A stretch of DNA of 64,000 bases from an uncultured Bacteroidales bacterium (GTDB taxonomy: Bacteria; Bacteroidota; Bacteroidia; Bacteroidales; WCHB1-69): assembly GCA_900315705.1 (NCBI GenBank), contig ONAB01000001.1:143178-207177 (forward strand), given 5' to 3'. The stretch's first letter is position 1. Every line of letters begins with the position of its first letter. The notes beneath the pieces are model-generated. The model was not told the DNA's origin. It saw only the letters and a program-made list of their open reading frames with translations, and did no database searches. The position numbers were made by a program, and so were the translations under genes. Below are positions 9,201 to 17,199 of the stretch, in pieces.

Positions 9201-12200
9201 AAACTTCCAATTACGAGTACATCGAGTTCTGGATGATGGATCCCTTCATCGACAATCCCAACCACCGCGGCGGTAAGCTCTATTTCAATTTGGGTGACAT
9301 CTCCGAGGATGTGTTGCGCGATGGTATGAAGTTCTTCGAAAATGGCTTGCCATCTGACGGCTCCGACGAGGATGTGGAGTTCACCGTTTGGGGACGTGTG
9401 CCTACCGTGCAGTTGATTGTCAATGCGTTTGACATCGACCCCAATGCCCGCCAGCATCAGGATGTCGGTTTTGATGGCTTGCCAGATGACCGGGAGCGCA
9501 CCTATTTCCAGGATACCTATCTCAATCTCCTGGCCAACGAATTCGGCACCACATCGCAGGCCTACACCGACGCCGTGGCTGACCCGTCGTCCGATAACTT
9601 CCACTATTTCCGCGGCACCGACTATGATAATGCCGATATGAAAGTGGTGGAGCGCTACAAATATTTCAACAATGCCGAAGGCAACTCGCCCACTGATAGT
9701 CAAAGCCCCGAAAGTTATCCGACGACCGGCTCTTCGCTGCCCAATATGGAGGATATGAACAACGATAACACCCTCAGCGAGGATGAGCGTTATTATCAAT
9801 ATGTGATTGACTTGGCGCCTGAGCGTATGGTGGTGGGTGAAAACTACATCAACGACATCTACGAGGCGGTGCCCAGTCCGCTGCCCGACGGTACGCGCCC
9901 CACGACTAAGTGGTACCAGTTCCGTATCCCGATTCACAGCCCCGACAAGGTGGTCAACAATATGCAGGGTTATAACTCCATCCGCTTTATGCGTATGTTT
10001 ATGCGCGGTTTTGAGGAACCCATCATCTGCCGTTTCGCCACATTTGAGTTGGTGCGTGCCGACTGGCGGACCTACAACCTCAGTCTGCAGGAGGAGGGCG
10101 ACTACTCTCCGACGCAGGGCGATGGCGAGGGCTCTTTCTATGTAGGTACGGTGAGCTTTGAGGAGAATGCCAACCGCACGCCCATCCCGTATATGCTGCC
10201 TCCAGGCATCGAACGCGAAGAGGTGCAGGGGATCCGTCTCCGTGAAATCAACGAGCAGGCTTTGACGCTCAAGGCGGTGGACCTGCCCGATGGTGACGCC
10301 CGTGCCATCTACAAGAGTACCTCGTATGACCTGCGCCAGTTCAACAACCTCCAGATGTTTATCCACGCCGAGGACGTCCACAGCAGCGGCGACCTCCGCA
10401 AGGGCGACGTGACGGTCTTTGTACGCTTGGGCTCCGACTTTACGGAGAACTACTACGAATACGAGTTGCCCATCGAGATTACCCCGTGGTATGTGGGTAA
10501 GGACACCAACGCCATCTGGCCCGAGGCCAACCGTATGTTCGTCTATCTCGACTCTCTCGTGGCATTGAAACAGGAACGTAATATGGCGGTCCGCCACGGC
10601 CTGCATAGCAGCAACCTCGTCCCGTACACCCGTTATATGGACGACAACAACCGTATGACGGTCGTGGGTGTGCCCAACTTGAGCGATGTGACCACCATTA
10701 TGGTCGGTATTCGCAACCCCAAGAAGAAATCGCTGAACGATGACGACGATATGTTGCCGAAGTCCGTGGAGGTGTGGATTAACGAGTTACGGCTCTCCGG
10801 CTTTGACAACAAACAGGGCTTCGCGGCGCTGTTGCGCGGGCGACTCAACCTGGCCGATGTCGGCGACATCACCGTGTCGGGGCAGTACTCCACCCCGGGG
10901 TTCGGAAGCATTGAGCAGTCTGTCACGCAACGTTCAATGGAGACCAAGTACAATCTTGACGTCGCCGCCAACCTTGACGGTGGCAAGGTCTTCTTCCCCG
11001 AGAAATGGAGAATCCGCATCCCCTTGCACTATGACTACTCGCTCGGTGTCAGCACGCCCGAGTACAACCCGCTCAATCCGGATGTCAAGCTCAAGGACGA
11101 CTTGGCCACCTACGACACCCAAGCGGAGCGCGACTCCATCCGCCATCTGACCAACACGTTTGTGCAGCGCCAGAATGTCAACTTGATGAATGTCAGAAAA
11201 GAGCGCAACCTTGAAAAAGGAAGTCTGAAAATGCATCCTTGGGATATCGAGAACTTCGACCTCTCCTATTCCTATTCCGAATTGATTCAGCGTGACCCTG
11301 ACTTGGAGATGGACAACGAATTCATCCACGATGGTGAAATCGGATATACCTTCAGCACGAACCCCAAGAACTATCGTCCTTTCAACAAGGTGAAGTGGAT
11401 GAGGTCCAAGTGGCTGGCGCTGATCCGGGATTTCAACATCACCCCGATGCCCAAGAATGTTACCATCCGTACCTCCTTGCGCCGTGAGTTGCAGGAGTTC
11501 AAATATCGTCCGAAGAGCCAAGGCAACATCATTGTGGACACCAGTTTCGTGAAGACATTCGACTGGACCCGTAATTACGCGATAAACTGGGATATTTTCC
11601 AGAGCCTGCGCCTGGAGTACCGTGCCGATGCGTCTGCACGTATCGACGAGCCGCAGGGCCTCATCGACACCCGCCGTGAGAAAGACTCCGTGTGGCACTG
11701 CATTGGCCGCGGCGGACGTACTACCGATTTCCGGCAGACCTTCAACGGCACCTACCAGATACCGATCAACAAGATTCCGCTTTTCAACTGGGTGAACGCC
11801 AATGTGCGCTACAGTTCCACTTATATGTACACAGCTTCCGCCCTTTCGCTCTCCTATCTGGGCAACACTATCCAGAACTCTAACCAGATGCAAGGCAATG
11901 CCACATTGAATATGGTGAACCTCTACAACAATGTCCCTTATCTCAAGAAGATTAACCAGGGCAGGACACGTGGCGGAAAGAGCACTGGCAAAGACCAGGC
12001 CAAGACGGGCAAGGACAAGATGAAGAAGGAGGATCTGGCGGCCGATGCGACCAAGAAGAACAAGAAGGGAAGGAACGCGCAGGATTCGTTGAAGGAAAGA
12101 CCCAATGTGGGCAAAATCATACTGGACGGGACGCTCCGTGTGTTGATGCTTTTGCGCAACGTCTCTGCCAACTACTCCCAGGGCAATGGTACTATATTGC

Positions 12201-13462
12201 CGGGTTATATGGGCACGCCCAATATGCTCGGCCTTGACTTCACCGACGCTTCGCCGGGCTTCCTGTTTGTGTTCGGTGCCCAGCCGGATATCCAGGCCAT
12301 CGGCGCCCGCAACCATTGGTTGACCACCGACTCTCTGATGAATATGGCTTACAGCCGTACCAAGAATGAAGTCATCAACCTGAGAGCCACTGTGGAGCCC
12401 TTCAAGGACTTCCGCATTGATGTAACGGCAAACCGCAATTTCACCCAGAACTTCTCCGAGTATTTCAGGGTGGACGAAGCGGGCAACGTGTCGCACTTCA
12501 CCCCGCAGCGCAGCGGCTCCTTCAGTATGACCTATTGCGGTCTCAAGAACTTCTTTGCCAATCAGGAAGACATCTTCGAAGAGTTCAAGAATGTGCGTGG
12601 CATCATCGCGCAGCGTCTGGCGGAGGCCAATCCTGACTATAACGGCGAGGTGGATGAGTTCGGTTTCCCGTCGGGATACAGCCAAGTGTCGCAGGATGTC
12701 TTGATGGGTGCCTTCTTCGCCTCCTATTTGGGCAAGGATGCTTCCAAGACCAACATCTCTTCGCCTTTCTTGAAAATACCGTTGCCCAACTGGCGCCTCA
12801 ACTACAACGGCTTCTCCAAGATCAAGGGCGTGGACAAGGTGTTCCAGAGCCTCTCCTTGGTGCACAACTACACCTGTACCTATCAGATAGGCGGATACGC
12901 TACCAACGTCAACTATGTGGAGGGCGGAAACGTTCGCAACACGATGGGCGACTATATGCCCAATTATGAGTTGTCGCAGATGTCGCTGTCGGAGCAGTTC
13001 GGACCGTTGGTCGGGTTTGATATGACGCTGAAGAACAGTATGCTGCTCAAGGTGGAATACAAGAAAAACCGCAACATAGCCTTGAGTTTCTCCAACAACC
13101 AGATCACGGAAACGGCCTCTTGGGAGTTGTCCTTCGCCGGAGGTTATCGTTTCAAGGACCTCAAGCTCGGACTGATTTTCGCCGGCGAGAAACGGCAGTT
13201 TGTCAGCGACCTGAACCTGACGGCCGGTTTCGGCATCAAGGACAGCCGTACCACGCTGCGCAAGATCCAGGAGGAGGTTGACCAGGTTACGTCCGGTATG
13301 CTGACTGCCACCATCAACGTGGCTGCCGAATACCAGTTCAGCCGTATGGTGGGCTTGAAGTTCTACTATGACCAGACCATCAACCGTCCGCATATTGACA
13401 ATCAATACCGGAATATGAATTTCGAGACCGGCATTGCCGTGACCCTGAACCTTTCCCAGTAG
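6212..13462 (+). CDS. sprA: T9SS translocon SprA (Sov) giant outer-membrane beta-barrel
   Basis: 2416 aa with a signal peptide. Size and the ruvA-sprA adjacency are typical of Bacteroidota. The sequence is beta-rich throughout. The start is TTG at 6212, and an alternative in-frame ATG at 6269 would remove the signal-peptide N-region. Confidence 0.85.
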   Translation: MKTNIKKKIHIVVALLSFVMCLCLQRGELYAMPERVATLSEVGIFPPDTNPPGTVPGTVNPLDNSYQSPFWLQNPPGVGTQIQYDPETNTYNFQYMTGNRPFGPGAYMDVNEYVGYDLRQSINDYWYNHSTSYGGGNRRGGGIIPQLHIGGDIFESIFGSNTIDIRPAGSMEIKFGVKYTHVENENVPVKQRRNINLDFDQDIQLSLMARIGEKINFNLNYTTDELRLDNNMDKIKLKYAGKEDEILQLIEFGNVTLPLNSTLITGSQSLFGVKTQLKFGNLLVTAVASQKKSNSETITISGGAEKEEFYFKADEYEENRHYFISQYFRDHYNEFLSTLPLVSSPIVITKIEVWRTTIGAATQENRNIVAFTDLGEYNPSFNGFSYNPMYGGGQYPDNETNNLIFVADSSIIRNISNVSNNLHSLGLKSGTDYEKVESARLLSPSEYTFNSKLGFITLNSALSSDQVLAVAFQYTIIGDDHVYQVGEFSNEVASPNCIRVKLLKSTTLDTKSPLWNLMMKNVYNLSAYQVSSEKFILNILYKGDADGIANGFFTQGSNKGIPLIRLMGLDRLNKQQDPSPDGIFDFIDGAATTGGTINSQNGRIYFPTVEPFGKDLRKLFPPEEQALADLYAFDSLYTMTKTMAQQITNKNKYYLEGSYQSSYGSEYRFNSTNIAKGSVRVTAGGITLTENVDYTVNYDMGTLTITNQGVLNSGTPISISIENDNDFTVKDQMMFGANFDYVFSKDFSIGATILNLKERPYTNKVNYGEEPINNLLWGMNFAYRTELPFITKMIDKITFHSTTAKSNLNLDGEFAHFVPGHNHAVGKKGTTYIDDFEAAKSTIDLMTMSNWVLASTPQGQPDLFPEAGSMSVSDNVRKRLSYGYNRARLSWYIIDPLFYDNSNATPRNLTVEDLSNAYARAVYETELFPYKQQAETQLTTYMTVFNLAFYPSERGPYNYDVNGAEGVSRGVDANGALNDPQTRWGGIMRKFDNTDFETSNYEYIEFWMMDPFIDNPNHRGGKLYFNLGDISEDVLRDGMKFFENGLPSDGSDEDVEFTVWGRVPTVQLIVNAFDIDPNARQHQDVGFDGLPDDRERTYFQDTYLNLLANEFGTTSQAYTDAVADPSSDNFHYFRGTDYDNADMKVVERYKYFNNAEGNSPTDSQSPESYPTTGSSLPNMEDMNNDNTLSEDERYYQYVIDLAPERMVVGENYINDIYEAVPSPLPDGTRPTTKWYQFRIPIHSPDKVVNNMQGYNSIRFMRMFMRGFEEPIICRFATFELVRADWRTYNLSLQEEGDYSPTQGDGEGSFYVGTVSFEENANRTPIPYMLPPGIEREEVQGIRLREINEQALTLKAVDLPDGDARAIYKSTSYDLRQFNNLQMFIHAEDVHSSGDLRKGDVTVFVRLGSDFTENYYEYELPIEITPWYVGKDTNAIWPEANRMFVYLDSLVALKQERNMAVRHGLHSSNLVPYTRYMDDNNRMTVVGVPNLSDVTTIMVGIRNPKKKSLNDDDDMLPKSVEVWINELRLSGFDNKQGFAALLRGRLNLADVGDITVSGQYSTPGFGSIEQSVTQRSMETKYNLDVAANLDGGKVFFPEKWRIRIPLHYDYSLGVSTPEYNPLNPDVKLKDDLATYDTQAERDSIRHLTNTFVQRQNVNLMNVRKERNLEKGSLKMHPWDIENFDLSYSYSELIQRDPDLEMDNEFIHDGEIGYTFSTNPKNYRPFNKVKWMRSKWLALIRDFNITPMPKNVTIRTSLRRELQEFKYRPKSQGNIIVDTSFVKTFDWTRNYAINWDIFQSLRLEYRADASARIDEPQGLIDTRREKDSVWHCIGRGGRTTDFRQTFNGTYQIPINKIPLFNWVNANVRYSSTYMYTASALSLSYLGNTIQNSNQMQGNATLNMVNLYNNVPYLKKINQGRTRGGKSTGKDQAKTGKDKMKKEDLAADATKKNKKGRNAQDSLKERPNVGKIILDGTLRVLMLLRNVSANYSQGNGTILPGYMGTPNMLGLDFTDASPGFLFVFGAQPDIQAIGARNHWLTTDSLMNMAYSRTKNEVINLRATVEPFKDFRIDVTANRNFTQNFSEYFRVDEAGNVSHFTPQRSGSFSMTYCGLKNFFANQEDIFEEFKNVRGIIAQRLAEANPDYNGEVDEFGFPSGYSQVSQDVLMGAFFASYLGKDASKTNISSPFLKIPLPNWRLNYNGFSKIKGVDKVFQSLSLVHNYTCTYQIGGYATNVNYVEGGNVRNTMGDYMPNYELSQMSLSEQFGPLVGFDMTLKNSMLLKVEYKKNRNIALSFSNNQITETASWELSFAGGYRFKDLKLGLIFAGEKRQFVSDLNLTAGFGIKDSRTTLRKIQEEVDQVTSGMLTATINVAAEYQFSRMVGLKFYYDQTINRPHIDNQYRNMNFETGIAVTLNLSQ

Positions 13463-13521
13463 TGACAATGGGTTGTCTGGCCTTGTCTTAGAAAAAAAAC
13501 CGAGTGTAAAAACAATTTTAT

Positions 13522-13529
13522 TATTTTTG
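13522..13529 (+). promoter_or_regulatory. -7 promoter box (TAnnTTTG)
   Basis: TATTTTTG lies 23 nt upstream of the ATG at 13552. Confidence 0.5.
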
Positions 13530-13551
13530 CGGCTTAAAAATTATTAAGACA

Positions 13552-14019
13552 ATGGATAAGATTAGATTCTTGTTTTTGAGTTTCGCGTTGGCCGCTATGG
13601 TCCTTTTGTTTGCGCAATGTAAAAAAGACCATACCAATGTGGTAAAACTCACCTGCTATTATGTTTCCGACCAGCAGGACACAACTGGCCCGTTTGGCGG
13701 GGTGTGGGTGGAAGTGGACACCAATCGCCTGTCTCCCCACATTACGGACAGCTATGTGGTAGGTGCAAATGGCGACACAGTTTACTACTCTCGCACCAAC
13801 TACTGCAGCGAAGATGTTCGGAGAGCACGTGGTTATACCGGCTCCGACGGCTCCATCACATTCGAGTTTTATCATCCCCTGTTGATGAACATTACCGCTT
13901 TGGACACCATCTTTGATGATATGGGCAATCCCACGATGTACTACTCCGGCAGAACCGAAGTGCAGGTCAAGGATGGAGAGGACGTGGAAAAGGACATCTA
14001 TTTGTATCCTGTTTATTAA
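13552..14019 (+). CDS. small lipoprotein, beta-sandwich (carboxypeptidase-regulatory-like) guess
   Basis: Signal peptide plus lipobox (LLFAQC). The GYTGSDGSITFEF motif resembles CarboxypepD_reg-type folds. Confidence 0.6.
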   Translation: MDKIRFLFLSFALAAMVLLFAQCKKDHTNVVKLTCYYVSDQQDTTGPFGGVWVEVDTNRLSPHITDSYVVGANGDTVYYSRTNYCSEDVRRARGYTGSDGSITFEFYHPLLMNITALDTIFDDMGNPTMYYSGRTEVQVKDGEDVEKDIYLYPVY

Positions 14020-14029
14020 AATTACGATT

Positions 14030-14431
14030 ATGAAAAAGACACGTATCCTGATAACCCTCGCTTTGGTGGCGTTCTGCGCCATCTTCTTGTTTTCTGAATG
14101 TGAACGTGATTATAGTTGCACGATGAAGGTTGTGTGTCGTGTGTTTGATGGCGTGGACACTGGCAAAGTGGCCGCCAACGCACACGTCGTTGTGGGCAAG
14201 GAAGAGTATGCCGAACACGCCCGTGCGGAGGGATACACGAACGACAAGGGCATTTTCCTCCACGTATTCCCGTATCCCGCCCTGCTTGATGTCACCGTGA
14301 CTTATTATGACACGGTCCATAATGCCAGCGGTGGTGTGGACAGCGTTTTGTTCACGGGGGCCGGCCAAGTGCAGCTCTATGAGAGCGAAACCACAGAGAA
14401 ACTGATTCTTCTGATGGAAACCCAGCGATGA
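14030..14431 (+). CDS. small lipoprotein, distant paralog of 13552..14019
   Basis: Internal ATG at 14030 gives MKKTRILITLALVAFCAIFLFSEC (lipobox). The GYTNDKGIFLHVF motif parallels the upstream gene. The 5' extension in the ORF track overlaps the previous CDS. Confidence 0.6.
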   Translation: MKKTRILITLALVAFCAIFLFSECERDYSCTMKVVCRVFDGVDTGKVAANAHVVVGKEEYAEHARAEGYTNDKGIFLHVFPYPALLDVTVTYYDTVHNASGGVDSVLFTGAGQVQLYESETTEKLILLMETQR

Positions 14432-14503
14432 GCACTATCATCGCCTTGTACTCCTAATTCCCCCCGGAGTTTGTCGGTGGGGGATGTCCCTAAATAAGAA
14501 ATC

Positions 14504-15874
14504 TTGAAAAAGAAAGCCCATAGTTACATTTTCTTGCTTTTGGCAACGCTGTTACTGGCAGCGTTTGTCATTTGGAACGGGCGTGTTGTTCACCTCCCCA
14601 TTCCTGTCAAACACAAGCACGAAAAAGAGGAACCTGTCCATAGCGACACTATCACGGCTCTCATTTTCTATCACGCCGCCGACTACTTTGTGTACCACGG
14701 TTCCGTGATTGGTTACCAATACGACCTGATCAAACAATTGGGCAAGGACCTCAACCGCCCGGTGGAAATCACTGTCGAGAGCGACCCTTCGCAAGCATTC
14801 ATCAAGGCCTTCTCCAACCAGTATGACATTGTAGGGTTCGATTTCAACAAGGAGATGTTCCATCCCGAGTACATTGTGGAATCGGAGCCCCATTCCTATA
14901 CCTATCCGGTGTTGATTATGCGCAAAAACTGTCCTTTGGACTCCACCAGCAATCACGTGGTGCACGCCTCCGTCAAATATGCCAACCGCGTGGATTTCAG
15001 CATCCTGGGCGATCCCAAGAAATGGAAACTGCAACACGACTTCGATGCCAGTGTCGAGGATCTCTTCGAGATGCTGGAGGATACGCTGATTGACTATGTG
15101 GTGTGCAACTACAACGTGGCCATCACGATGCTGCCTTTCTATAAACATCTTGTCCTCGGCCCGAGAATAGGGGAGAACTTCCCGCGCACGTGGGTGCTCA
15201 ACCGCAACAATGGGGCCCTCAACGACACCATCAACCAGTGGCTGCGAGACTTCAAGACCACCAAGCAGTACGAAAAACTCTGCACCCGTTACCTGTCGCG
15301 TCATTCGCAAATCATCCAGAATTCTTTCGGTAAAAAGCGCAACAGCATCTCCTCCTACGACAAGGTGATGCAGAACGCCTGCGCCAAATATGGCCTCGAC
15401 TGGAAGTTTATGTCCTCCATAGTCTATCAGGAATCCCATTTTACCTCTGATGTGCTGGGTATGGGCGGCAGTTTCGGCATTATGCAGATGATGCCGGCAA
15501 CCTGTGAGCGCTACGGCATCACGGATACCTCCACAGTGGAGGAGCAGCTCTACGCCGGCGCCCGATACATCCATTTTTTGCACAATATTTTCAAAAACAA
15601 AGTGGATAGCACGCAAATCTACTATTTCGTGGCGGGCTCCTACAATTCCGGTCCCGGCCACATCCTCGATGCTATGGCGCTTTGTAAGAAATATGGCGGC
15701 GATGCCACGAAATGGGACGAGGTGGCCCATTATCTTATTCTGAAATCCCACCGGGACTACTATAGCGACCCCGTTGTCAAATGCGGGCACTATCCCGGCA
15801 AGCATACTGTGAACTATGTTGACGAGGTGATGACGCGTTACCTCGGTTATGTCTTAACTAAAAAGGAACAATGA
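14504..15874 (+). CDS. MltF-like membrane-bound lytic transglycosylase (solute-binding-like domain plus SLT domain)
   Basis: TTG start and an N-terminal TM helix. The SLT catalytic region is YQESHFTSDVLGMGGSFGIMQMMPATCERYG...AGSYNSGPGH. Confidence 0.8.
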   Translation: MKKKAHSYIFLLLATLLLAAFVIWNGRVVHLPIPVKHKHEKEEPVHSDTITALIFYHAADYFVYHGSVIGYQYDLIKQLGKDLNRPVEITVESDPSQAFIKAFSNQYDIVGFDFNKEMFHPEYIVESEPHSYTYPVLIMRKNCPLDSTSNHVVHASVKYANRVDFSILGDPKKWKLQHDFDASVEDLFEMLEDTLIDYVVCNYNVAITMLPFYKHLVLGPRIGENFPRTWVLNRNNGALNDTINQWLRDFKTTKQYEKLCTRYLSRHSQIIQNSFGKKRNSISSYDKVMQNACAKYGLDWKFMSSIVYQESHFTSDVLGMGGSFGIMQMMPATCERYGITDTSTVEEQLYAGARYIHFLHNIFKNKVDSTQIYYFVAGSYNSGPGHILDAMALCKKYGGDATKWDEVAHYLILKSHRDYYSDPVVKCGHYPGKHTVNYVDEVMTRYLGYVLTKKEQ

Positions 15875-17124
15875 AAATATTAGTCATCGGTCGTGGCGGC
15901 CGTGAACACGCCATCGCTTGGAAATTGGCCCAGTCGGCCCTGAAACCCCAACTCTTTTTTGCGCCGGGCAACGACGGTATGCTGACGTTGCGCAATGTGG
16001 AAACCTGCCGTGTGCCCATTGAGGAGACGGACGTGGAAGGTTTGCTTGCTTTTGTGAAAGAGAACGGCATCGACCTAACGGTCGTGGGACCGGAGGCGGC
16101 CCTGATGTGCGGCATTGCCGACGCGTTCAAGGCGGCGGGCGAGCGCATCTTCGCCCCCACCCGCGAGGCCGCCCTTATCGAGGGTAGCAAGCAGTTTGCC
16201 AAAGAATTGATGGCCAAGTACGACATACCCACCGCCCGCTTCCGCACCTTTGAGCAGTACGACGCCGCCAAGGCGTATCTCGACGAGGTGGGCGCCCCCA
16301 TCGTCATCAAATACGACGGACTGGCCGCTGGCAAAGGTGTTGTGGTGGCGCAAACTCAGGAGGAGGCTGACGAGGCCCTCCGCGATATGCTCCTTGACAA
16401 CCGTTTCGGACAGGGCAAGGTGGTGATGGAAGAGTTCCTCCAGGGACCCGAGTTCTCGCTGATGGCTATGGTTAACGGCGAGCAGGTGGTTCCCCTGTCT
16501 GTGGCGCAGGATCACAAGCGTGCATACGACCACGACAAGGGGCCCAATACGGGCGGAATGGGCGCCTATACTCCTGTGCCCGTCATCCCGAAAGCCCAGA
16601 TCGACTGGGCCGTGGAGCATATTATGAAGCCCACTGCCGCTGCTCTCGTCAAGGAGGGACGCCCGTTCTGCGGCATCCTCTACGGCGGCCTGATGCTCAC
16701 ACAGGATGGCCCTAAGGTCATCGAGTTCAACGCCCGCTTTGGCGACCCCGAGACGGAAGTGGTGCTGCCTGCCCTTGAGGGTGACTTGCTCCAGATGATT
16801 CTGGACCTACTGGAACACAAGCCCGTGGCTCCCGCGTGCTCTGCCTACAGCTACTGTGGCGTGGTGCTCGCCGCCAAGGGCTATCCCGGCAAGTATGAGA
16901 AGAAACTGCCGCTGCGCAATCTCGACAATGCCAGCCAGACCGTGTTCCATATGGGCACGCAGCGAGTGGATGGACAGTGGTACTCCAACGGCGGCCGCGT
17001 GTTGTGTGTGGTCGGCAGGGGCAACACTTTCGAGGAGGCCCGTAAGGATGCCTACGAAGGAGTGGAAAACCTCATCACCCCCGACCTTTTCTATCGAACC
17101 GACATCGGTTGGCAGGCCATTTAG
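15871..17124 (+). CDS. purD: phosphoribosylamine--glycine ligase
   Basis: MKILVIGRGGREHAIAWKLAQS. ATP-grasp body. 417 aa. ATGA overlap with the upstream stop. Confidence 0.95.
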   Translation: MKILVIGRGGREHAIAWKLAQSALKPQLFFAPGNDGMLTLRNVETCRVPIEETDVEGLLAFVKENGIDLTVVGPEAALMCGIADAFKAAGERIFAPTREAALIEGSKQFAKELMAKYDIPTARFRTFEQYDAAKAYLDEVGAPIVIKYDGLAAGKGVVVAQTQEEADEALRDMLLDNRFGQGKVVMEEFLQGPEFSLMAMVNGEQVVPLSVAQDHKRAYDHDKGPNTGGMGAYTPVPVIPKAQIDWAVEHIMKPTAAALVKEGRPFCGILYGGLMLTQDGPKVIEFNARFGDPETEVVLPALEGDLLQMILDLLEHKPVAPACSAYSYCGVVLAAKGYPGKYEKKLPLRNLDNASQTVFHMGTQRVDGQWYSNGGRVLCVVGRGNTFEEARKDAYEGVENLITPDLFYRTDIGWQAI

Positions 17125-17173
17125 CCCCTGTTTTGTATCGGTTTTTTACAGGCGGGGATATTGGTTTCTTTCG

Positions 17174-17181
17174 TATCTTTG
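17174..17181 (+). promoter_or_regulatory. -7 promoter box (TAnnTTTG)
   Basis: TATCTTTG lies 19 nt upstream of the ATG at 17200. Confidence 0.55.
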
Positions 17182-17199
17182 CGCCTTAATTTTTTGTAG

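Noticed and set aside
6275-10606. 1443-aa ORF antisense to sprA. Similar long antisense ORFs occur at 218..1447, 1477..2718, 2895..4610, 10934..13468, 17272..19350, 36797..38296 and 40551..44078.
   Set aside because: They lie exactly opposite well-supported genes in GC-rich DNA. Their translations are low-complexity (rich in G, V, R, H, L, A) with no motifs. These are typical shadow ORFs of high-GC coding sequence.
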